Assembly: GCA_038851565.1 (NCBI GenBank)
Contig: JAWCKV010000026.1
Span: 1 to 11,287 of the forward strand
Source of the DNA: Candidatus Hadarchaeales archaeon
Lineage (GTDB): Archaea > Hadarchaeota > Hadarchaeia > Hadarchaeales > Hadarchaeaceae
Direction: 5' to 3'
Length of the DNA: 11,287 nucleotides
In this document: positions 1-6,579 of the stretch, in pieces
Numbering within the stretch: position 1 is the first letter of the stretch
How the letters are laid out: each line of letters opens with the position of its first letter
The notes under the pieces: model-generated
Seen by the model: the letters and a program-made list of their open reading frames with translations, nothing else
What the model was told of the DNA's origin: nothing
Database searches by the model: none
Translations under genes and position numbers: made by a program

Positions 1-2
1 TT

Positions 3-65
3 GAGGAAGGGGTTGAGAAGGCAAGTGAAAGGCTGAGGAGGATGGGAGAACGGCGGAAGACGTGA
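3..65 (+). CDS. 3' end of an upstream gene (partial), product unknown
   Basis: Frame 3 is open from the window edge (EEGVEKASERLRRMGERRKT*). Its TGA at 63-65 overlaps the GTG at 62-64 (GTGA overlap), typical of translational coupling. Too short to identify. Confidence 0.45.
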   Translation, partial: EEGVEKASERLRRMGERRKT

Positions 66-1051
66 TAGTCGCGGAGAACCTGACAAGGGTCTTCAACAGA
101 AGCCTGGTGGCGGTCGACCACGTGAGCTTCAGCGTCAGGGAGGGGGAGATATTCGGATTCCTCGGACCCCACGGCGCCGGGAAGACCACGACCATTAACA
201 TGCTCACCCCAGTCCTGAAGCCCACGGAGGGGAGGGCATCGGTGCTCGGCCACGACATAGTGAAGCAGGCGGACATGGTGAGGAGAGTGATAGGCGTCGT
301 GCCCCAGGAGTACACCGCCGACGAGGACCTTACCGGGTACGAGAACATAATCCTGTGCGCGGACCTCTACGGAATCCCGCGCGAGGTCTCAAGGAAGAGG
401 GCCGAGGAGCTTCTCGAGCTTGTCGAGCTGACCCAGTTCAAAGGAAAGAAGGTGGAGACCTACTCGGGCGGGATGAGGCGCAGGCTGGAGCTGGCCTGCG
501 GGCTCGTGAACAGGCCCAGGGTCCTCTTCCTCGATGAGCCGACCCTGGGGCTTGACGTCCAGACCCGCGCCGCAACATGGGACTACATCAGGCGCCTGAA
601 GGAGGAGTACGGGATGACGCTCTTCATGACCACGCACTACCTGGAGGAGGCGGACGCCCTCTGCGACAGGATAGCGATAATCGACTACGGGAAAATCGTG
701 GTGAGCGGCAGGCCTGGTGACCTGAAGAAAAACCTGGGAGGGGACGTGATCACGCTCACGCTGAAGGAGGGGAAAGACGCGACCCGGATCATAAAGGGGA
801 TCAAACACGTCAGGGAGGTGCGGAGGGAGAACGGGTCATACAGGATAAAGGCGGAGCTCGGCAGGGCCACCGCCCCCGCCATCATAGATGCCCTGAGATC
901 CAGGGGATTCACCGTCACGAAGCTCTCCCTCTCGGAGCCCACTCTGAACGACGTTTACCTTGAGTACACGGGAAGGTCGATGAGGGACGCTGAGGAGTCG
1001 CCGGAGGCGATCAGGGCGCAAAGGTGGTTGATGAGGAGGGCGAGGGGATGA
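62..1051 (+). CDS. ABC transporter ATP-binding subunit, DrrA/NodI (ABC-2 exporter) type
   Basis: Walker A GPHGAGKTT, Q-loop GVVPQE, signature YSGGMRRRL, Walker B/D-loop VLFLDEPTLGLD, H-loop TTHYLEEA, and a C-terminal accessory domain ending in PTLNDVYLEYTG, as in DrrA-family ATPases. Confidence 0.97.
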   Translation: MIVAENLTRVFNRSLVAVDHVSFSVREGEIFGFLGPHGAGKTTTINMLTPVLKPTEGRASVLGHDIVKQADMVRRVIGVVPQEYTADEDLTGYENIILCADLYGIPREVSRKRAEELLELVELTQFKGKKVETYSGGMRRRLELACGLVNRPRVLFLDEPTLGLDVQTRAATWDYIRRLKEEYGMTLFMTTHYLEEADALCDRIAIIDYGKIVVSGRPGDLKKNLGGDVITLTLKEGKDATRIIKGIKHVREVRRENGSYRIKAELGRATAPAIIDALRSRGFTVTKLSLSEPTLNDVYLEYTGRSMRDAEESPEAIRAQRWLMRRARG

Positions 1052-1884
1052 GCGAGTTCAGGCCGAGCAGGCTGCACGGCACCTGGGCGCTGACGGTCAG
1101 GGAGCTCAAGAAGTGGCTCAAGGACCCCATCATACTATTCATGACCATCATCCAGCCGGTGCTCTGGATGGGGCTGCTGGGGAAGGCGATGAACATAGGA
1201 GCGATATTCACCAGCCCCGGACTTCCTCCGGGCGTGGCGGACCAGATAATGAAGAGCACGTTCGGGACCGGAGATTACTTCTCGTTCATGGCCATAGGCA
1301 TGATATCCTTCACCGTGATGTTCACCACGATGTTCAGCGGGATGTCGGTCGTCTGGGACAGGAGGCTGGGGTTCCTGAACAAGGTCCTGAGCACGCCGGT
1401 CTCCAGGGGAGCGATAATATTCTCAAAGGTGCTCAACTCATCGTTCAGGGCGATGTTCCAGGCGACCCTGATACTGATCATAGCAACCATCTTCGGGCTG
1501 CAGTTCGGCCCCACTTTCAACCCGCTCAACATACTCGGCATATACGCAGCTGTGTTCCTGCTAAGCGTCGGGCTCTCATCGCTCTTCATCGCTCTCGCCC
1601 TCAGGTCCACCAGACAGGAGACGCAGATGGCAGTCGTGAACCTGATCAACCTCCCGCTGATGTTCGCGAGCAACGTCTTCTTCCCGGCCTCCATGATGCC
1701 CGGATGGCTGCAGGCCGTTGCAAACGTGAATCCGGTGAGCTACCTCACTGATGCGCTCAGACAGCTGACGGTGTGGGAGATGAACGTGCCCGCCCTGATG
1801 GTCGACTTCCTCTACCTCGGCGTTTTCGCCTCGGTGCTGGCGGCAATCGGGATAGTGCTCTCCTGGAGATACCTGACGAAGTGA
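1048..1884 (+). CDS. ABC-2 type transporter permease (DrrB-like)
   Basis: About 6 hydrophobic segments and ABC-2 motifs RELKKWLKDP, DRRLGFLNKVLSTPVSR, FASNVFFP..MPGWLQ, NPVSYLTDALR. ATG at 1048 overlaps the ATPase stop (ATGA) and follows GAGGAGG, so it is preferred over the 1024 start. Confidence 0.96.
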   Translation: MSEFRPSRLHGTWALTVRELKKWLKDPIILFMTIIQPVLWMGLLGKAMNIGAIFTSPGLPPGVADQIMKSTFGTGDYFSFMAIGMISFTVMFTTMFSGMSVVWDRRLGFLNKVLSTPVSRGAIIFSKVLNSSFRAMFQATLILIIATIFGLQFGPTFNPLNILGIYAAVFLLSVGLSSLFIALALRSTRQETQMAVVNLINLPLMFASNVFFPASMMPGWLQAVANVNPVSYLTDALRQLTVWEMNVPALMVDFLYLGVFASVLAAIGIVLSWRYLTK

Positions 1885-1888
1885 TCGC

Positions 1889-2545
1889 ATGTGGATCAAG
1901 GTGGAGCAGGGGCTGAGGGCTGAGTTTCCCGGACTCATGGCGGCGATGGGTGAGGTGAGAGGGGTGAGGGTCGGGCGCATTAACGAGGAACTGGAAAAGC
2001 TCAAGGCAGAAGTTATGGAGGACGTGAAAAGAAACTACAGGCTGGAGACAGTGAAGGATCACCCTGTCCTCAGGGCCTACAGGGACTTTTTCTGGAGCAT
2101 TGACATCGACCCCACGAAGATAAGGCCCGCCGCGGAGGCGCTGATCAGGAGAATTCTGGGGGGGAGACCGCTTCCCACCGTGAACACGCTGGTTGATGCC
2201 TACAATCTCGCATCCGTGAGGTCCTGTATATCCATAGGTGCGTTTGACATGGATCGCATAAGCGGCGGGCTGCTGATGAGGAGGGCCAGACCGGGAGAGG
2301 AGTTTCTCGGCATAGGGATGGAGCGCCCGGTCCCTCTGTCCGGAAAGGAGATAGTGGTCTCTGACTCCGAAAAGCTGATCGCCATATATCCATACAGGGA
2401 CTCAGACGAGACGAAGGTCACGGAGGAGACGAGGAATGTTCTGTTCCTGTCATGCGGGGTTCCGGGGATATCAGAGGAAAAGCTCGAAGATGCTCTGAGG
2501 CTGACCAAAGAATACGTCATAAAATTCTGCGGCGGCGATGGATAA
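1889..2545 (+). CDS. standalone B3/B4 domain protein (PheRS beta-subunit editing-domain homolog)
   Basis: Family motifs AYRDFFWSIDIDPTKIRPAAEALIRR, LPTVNTLVDAYNLAS, IGAFDMDRI, RDSDETKVTEETRNVL. Starts 4 nt after the permease stop. Confidence 0.92.
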   Translation: MWIKVEQGLRAEFPGLMAAMGEVRGVRVGRINEELEKLKAEVMEDVKRNYRLETVKDHPVLRAYRDFFWSIDIDPTKIRPAAEALIRRILGGRPLPTVNTLVDAYNLASVRSCISIGAFDMDRISGGLLMRRARPGEEFLGIGMERPVPLSGKEIVVSDSEKLIAIYPYRDSDETKVTEETRNVLFLSCGVPGISEEKLEDALRLTKEYVIKFCGGDG

Positions 2546-3709
2546 ACAGCGGGCTGAGCACTCTCTTGAGGCCTTACGTTTTCTGTCCCGCACCAGAATG
2601 TAACCGACAGCGGTAATGCCGGCACCGACCACCACAGCCGCCGCAAATACGACAAGCAGGCGGAGCAGGCCGGGCACCGGTGTCCAGCTGAAAGTGTGCC
2701 AGTGCTCCGGTGCGTTACCCTCCCCCGTCATCGTGTTGTAGTAGTATGCATCGTTGAAGTACGCCCAGACCTCAAGCGCGGGATACTCGCACGATCCAAA
2801 GTAATCGCATGGAATGCCCCGGCGATCGACAAGACGCCGGTTTTCATCATCCCAGTACGGACCCGAGGTCGCCTCGAGCTGCAGCCACCTGTCGTACACG
2901 TATATCTCGGCCCATGCATGGCCTCCGATCTGATCCCCGAACTGCACCTTTCCGACCGCCACCCTCACGTTCTCCGGAGGCATCCCCATGGCCCTCAGGA
3001 CCGAGACCAGCGTGTATGCCTGGGACTCGCAGTCGCTCGCCTCACTCCCTCTGACCGGGTTCGTGGGATAGAACGGGGACTCTGAAAGAAACTCCTGCGG
3101 GTAGAGCCACCTCTCCTCGACCCCGTGAAGTACCCTGTCCGAGACCCACACCCACCCCACCGCGGTCATGTACGCCTCCTCAACAGACTTCAGCCTCCAG
3201 GCGAGATCCCTGACAGCCGGAGCCCAGGGTGTGACATAGCTCTGCCAGGGCGACATGTTCTCAAAGTTTTCCGGAAGAACCACCAGGTCAGGCGGGCGCA
3301 CGTTCTCAACCGGGATCACTTTCACCTCGCTCGCCGCAGGAAGGGGCGCCGGGAGCACCGGAACGTTCTCCCACTCAACGGTAACGCTCCTGGGGTTGAC
3401 CACGCCGTCGTCCCAGCTCACAGGTCTGATCGTCATCTCACCCCTGGGCCCGATCAGGTTCTCAACGCTTATGTTCTCGGCCAGCCCGGGATCGTCCCAC
3501 TCCACGGTAACATGTGGGCGCAGTATCATTCCCCCGCGCTGCACCGGTGATACCACTATCTCTTTTCCCTCCTCCCAGAGAACCACGCTGTTCTCGGGCG
3601 TAACGATGACGCTGGTCTGCGCCTCGGCCTGCTCTCCGGCGATCGGCGGCGGATAAAGCACCAGAAGCATCGCAAGGAAGACGATGGGGATCTTACGACC
3701 TGCGCTCAT
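2471..3709 (-). CDS. secreted, membrane-anchored transglutaminase-like cysteine protease (LapG/BTLCP, peptidase C93-like)
   Basis: Signal peptide MSAGRKIPIVFLAMLLVLY..., with ATG at 3709 preceded by GGAGG. Core VSDRVLHGVEERWLYPQEFL...SDCESQAYTLVSVLRAMGMPPENVRVAVG...GHAWAE...WLQLEAT. Putative triad Cys (3029-3031), His (2918-2920), Glu (2873-2875). C-terminal TM helix followed by RDRKRK. Confidence 0.85.
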   Translation of the reverse strand: MSAGRKIPIVFLAMLLVLYPPPIAGEQAEAQTSVIVTPENSVVLWEEGKEIVVSPVQRGGMILRPHVTVEWDDPGLAENISVENLIGPRGEMTIRPVSWDDGVVNPRSVTVEWENVPVLPAPLPAASEVKVIPVENVRPPDLVVLPENFENMSPWQSYVTPWAPAVRDLAWRLKSVEEAYMTAVGWVWVSDRVLHGVEERWLYPQEFLSESPFYPTNPVRGSEASDCESQAYTLVSVLRAMGMPPENVRVAVGKVQFGDQIGGHAWAEIYVYDRWLQLEATSGPYWDDENRRLVDRRGIPCDYFGSCEYPALEVWAYFNDAYYYNTMTGEGNAPEHWHTFSWTPVPGLLRLLVVFAAAVVVGAGITAVGYILVRDRKRKASRECSARCLSIAAAEFYDVFFGQPQSIFELFL

Positions 3710-4493
3710 CCGACGAACCTCCCACGTATACATAAACCTTGCTCGGTTTGCCCCTCCCTCCCAGCCCGCCGGAGGCTAGCTTTGTCTTTTCGGTCTGGCG
3801 CACCAGCCCCTTTTCAACGAGCTTCTGCACCATTCGCCAGACCGTTATCTTCGATGCCTTCGTCAGCCTCATGAGGTCGGGGATGGTGAACTCCTTAAGC
3901 TGCATCATGTGCCCGACTATCTCGACGTCCCTGATGGTCATGTCGTGAAAACCGTGCTCCATAAGCTCAGACGCCGCCTCCCCCCACCCCTTCTGGTACC
4001 ACGCGGCGAAAACCGCTGCCAGCGCGCCGACGAGAACCCCGATGCCCGCCGCTATCGGGACAAAGTCCACGGGTTTTGTCTCCGTGGTCGTGTGGCTGGA
4101 GACGGTTACCGGGCTGCCGGTGGACAACGCTTTCTCGTAGGCTTCCGCCGGCACTATCAGCTCAAGCATGCCCTGCGATGCCGGAGCTCCGGCGGGCGCC
4201 CAGAAATCGCCTCTTTCCGGGGACTCCATGAGCGTCTTTTCGCTAATTGTAAGATTAAGCCTGTAAAAGCCCGATTCATTCTCACCGCCCAGAGGCTCTG
4301 ATCCCACAACATCGTACTCTTCATTATCCACAGAAACGCGCTGCCCTCCTCCCTCAATCGTGATGAGTCGGGAGGTGGTGACGACGCTGGTCGCGGGATA
4401 GAACGCGGAGAGCATAACGTGCGAGGCCGCCCCAGCCACAAGACATGCCAGAATGAACACAGAGACCAGCACGACCCTCCGCATCGCCTTCAC
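3693..4493 (-). CDS. membrane-anchored winged-helix transcriptional regulator (2 TM, extracellular loop, C-terminal wHTH; COG2512-like architecture)
   Basis: Hydrophobic segments at about aa 7-31 and 144-166 flank a roughly 110-aa beta-rich loop. The C-terminal EFTIPDLMRLTKASKITVWRMVQKLVEKGLVRQ...GRGKPSKVYVY fits a wHTH recognition helix plus wing. Start is GTG 4493 or ATG 4484. Confidence 0.85.
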   Translation of the reverse strand: MKAMRRVVLVSVFILACLVAGAASHVMLSAFYPATSVVTTSRLITIEGGGQRVSVDNEEYDVVGSEPLGGENESGFYRLNLTISEKTLMESPERGDFWAPAGAPASQGMLELIVPAEAYEKALSTGSPVTVSSHTTTETKPVDFVPIAAGIGVLVGALAAVFAAWYQKGWGEAASELMEHGFHDMTIRDVEIVGHMMQLKEFTIPDLMRLTKASKITVWRMVQKLVEKGLVRQTEKTKLASGGLGGRGKPSKVYVYVGGSSDERRS

Positions 4494-4591
4494 CGTTATA
4501 AAGTATCCTTATAGAAACTTAATATAATTTGTTTCAGGAGAGAAACTTAATTTAAATACATGTTGTCCTCATTAAATTTAATTGGTGAAAT
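4494..4591. promoter_or_regulatory. divergent archaeal promoter region with repeats
   Basis: Very AT-rich. Plus strand: AGAAACTTAA-TTTAAATA (4541-4558) about 33 nt before ATG 4592, with GGTGA RBS at 4584-4588. Minus strand: GAAACAAATTATATTAAG (4535-4518) about 25 nt before GTG 4493. Contains direct and inverted repeats (see findings). Confidence 0.75.
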
Positions 4592-6532
4592 ATGAAGGAA
4601 TGGATCATGCCGGCCGCGTTCGGGATCTCTCTCCTGGCCGGGCTGCTGCTCGCCGGGTCGGGCATGGAGGTTCCTGCCATATGGGTCGCATTCGGAATTC
4701 CGACAGCGGCATGGCTGATCACGGAAAGAAAAAGAACCACCCCCGCGCTCATCGTTGCGGTGATACTTATCGCGTCTGTCACGGCCGCTGTGAGCATACC
4801 TCTGATACGCATAATGGAAAGCGGATCCGTCTCGAACGGATGGGGCAACCTCAAATCATTCTCTTCGTACCAGGAGCTCGAGGCCTATGTGGAGAACAGG
4901 TTCGGAAGCGCTTTTGGGGGCGACATGAGGTACTGGGGGGATGTCTTCCTGCCGGTGGGTGCTCCTGAACTCGCAGAGTCCGGGACCGGATCCAAGAGCG
5001 GTTTTGAGGTCACCATCGGGGGAGATCAGGGTTTCAACGTCACGATCGGCGGTCTCGACTTTTCAACCACGAACATACAGGTCCTCGGTGTTGACGAAGC
5101 TGACATCGTGAAGTGCGACGGGAACTACATCTACGTGGTGTCCGGGGACAACGTTTTCATAATTGCGGCCTATCCGCCGGAGGACGCGGAAATACTGTCC
5201 AACATAGAAGTGGAGTCACCAGTTGAGATGTACGTCAACGGCGACAAACTGGCGGTCATCGGCTGGAACTACATCAGAGTATACGACATATCGAGCAGGG
5301 AAAACCCAAGGCTTGAAAGAGAGGTCTCCTTTGAGGAAGGATATTACCACAACTCCAGGATGATCGGGGACTACGTGTACCTGATCGTCAACTCACCGAT
5401 ATACCGCGTTTACGGATACTGGGAGGAGGTGCCTGACGACTGGATAAGGCTGCCGCGGATAACCTGCAACTGGAACACCAGGACGGTCGCGCCGAATGAG
5501 ATATACTACTTTGACGACGAGAACATGTACCCCTCTGAGTTCGTCACGATAATGGCCGTCAACGTGAAAAACCGCGGCGAGGACGTGAGGACAAAGACCA
5601 TCCTCATGAACTCCGCGCAGAACATATTCGTCTCGCTGACAAACCTCTACATAACCTACACCGAGTTCGGAGGGGAGGAAAAAACGGCCATACACAAGAT
5701 ATCGATAGGCAACGGCAGCATAGAGTACGTGGCAAAAGGGGAGGTACCCGGCAGCGTTCTCAACCAGTTCTCCATGGACGAGCACGAGGGATACTTCAGG
5801 GTGGCAACCACGAGATGGGACTTCTGGGGAGGGAATTTGACCAACAACGTCTACGTGCTGGACGGCGGGATGAGGGTGGTGGGGAGGCTGGAGAACCTCG
5901 CCCCGGGGGAGAGGATCTACTCGGTCAGGTTCATGGGAGACAGGGGATACATGGTGACGTACGTCAGGGTCGACCCCCTGTTCGTTCTGGACCTGTCAAG
6001 CCCGTCCTCGCCCAGGGTGCTCGGTGAGCTCAAGATACCCGGCTACTCGGACTACCTGCACCCGTACGACGAGACCCACATAATCGGCATAGGAAAGGAG
6101 ACAACGACTGGCGAGTGGGGAGGAGAGATATCGCTCGGCGTCAAGCTCGCACTGTTCGACGTGAGCGACCCAGAGAACCCGGTGGAAATCTCAAAGTACG
6201 TGGTCGGAGAGAGAGGAACGGAATCACTCGCCCTCCAGGACCACAGGGCGTTCCTGTTCAGCAGACGCAAATCCCTTCTGGCCATGCCGATCGGATACTG
6301 GTACCAGCAGGAGGCCTACGTGTTCAACATCTCGCTGGAGAACGGCATAACTCTGAAGGGCACGATAGGGCACAAGGACTGGCAGGTCAAGAGGATACTC
6401 TACGTGGAGGACGCGCTCTACACGATTTCGGACGGCATGTTGAAGATAAACAGCATCAGCGACCTCGGTGAGATAAAGTCAGTCGAGCTCCCCGCCCCCT
6501 ATCAGCAGCCCATATACAGGTGGATCGAGTAA
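4592..6532 (+). CDS. membrane-anchored beta-propeller domain protein (Beta_propel PF09826 / COG4880 type)
   Basis: Hallmark motifs FSTTNIQVLGVDEADIVKCDG, GSVLNQFSMDEHEGYFRVATT, LAPGERIYSVRFMGDRGYMVT..VDPLFVLDLS, LGELKIPGYSDYLHP, GVKLALFDVSDP. Hydrophobic N-terminus. Confidence 0.93.
   Translation: MKEWIMPAAFGISLLAGLLLAGSGMEVPAIWVAFGIPTAAWLITERKRTTPALIVAVILIASVTAAVSIPLIRIMESGSVSNGWGNLKSFSSYQELEAYVENRFGSAFGGDMRYWGDVFLPVGAPELAESGTGSKSGFEVTIGGDQGFNVTIGGLDFSTTNIQVLGVDEADIVKCDGNYIYVVSGDNVFIIAAYPPEDAEILSNIEVESPVEMYVNGDKLAVIGWNYIRVYDISSRENPRLEREVSFEEGYYHNSRMIGDYVYLIVNSPIYRVYGYWEEVPDDWIRLPRITCNWNTRTVAPNEIYYFDDENMYPSEFVTIMAVNVKNRGEDVRTKTILMNSAQNIFVSLTNLYITYTEFGGEEKTAIHKISIGNGSIEYVAKGEVPGSVLNQFSMDEHEGYFRVATTRWDFWGGNLTNNVYVLDGGMRVVGRLENLAPGERIYSVRFMGDRGYMVTYVRVDPLFVLDLSSPSSPRVLGELKIPGYSDYLHPYDETHIIGIGKETTTGEWGGEISLGVKLALFDVSDPENPVEISKYVVGERGTESLALQDHRAFLFSRRKSLLAMPIGYWYQQEAYVFNISLENGITLKGTIGHKDWQVKRILYVEDALYTISDGMLKINSISDLGEIKSVELPAPYQQPIYRWIE
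5000..5053 (+). repeat. 30-nt-period in-frame tandem duplication (GFEVTIGGDQ / GFNVTIGG)
   Basis: ggttttgaggtcaccatcggggga vs ggtttcaacgtcacgatcggcggt; 7 of 8 amino acids identical, with synonymous differences. Confidence 0.7.
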
Positions 6533-6579
6533 ATCATCATGACTTATATCCGCTCCCGCTTTCTTTTATTGGCGGTGCA

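Noticed and set aside
355..2655. Alternative-frame and antisense ORFs over the ABC and B3/B4 genes (e.g. 1113-1751 +, 1275-1694 -, 2200-2655 -)
   Set aside because: They lie over well-supported genes, have no recognisable motifs and are expected shadow ORFs in GC-rich coding DNA.
4040..4060. IAAG in the regulator as a LapG-type Ala-Ala cleavage site
   Set aside because: It lies within the predicted TM helix, and Ala-Ala is common in hydrophobic segments; no real support.
4513..4555. Direct repeat as a CRISPR remnant or IS target duplication
   Set aside because: Only two 15-bp copies with a 13-bp gap, no cas or transposase genes, and the repeats coincide with promoter elements.
2696..4968. 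ORFs such as 2696-3085, 3125-3550, 3909-4301, 4582-4968 (+) and 4552-4854 (-)
   Set aside because: Shadow ORFs overlapping the protease, regulator and propeller genes, with Arg/Pro/His-rich non-protein-like composition.
6520..6579. N-terminal extension of the HAD ORF from GTG 6520
   Set aside because: HAD motif I normally lies a few residues from the start; ATG 6580 has an RBS and the extension covers a TATA-like and T-rich intergenic segment.
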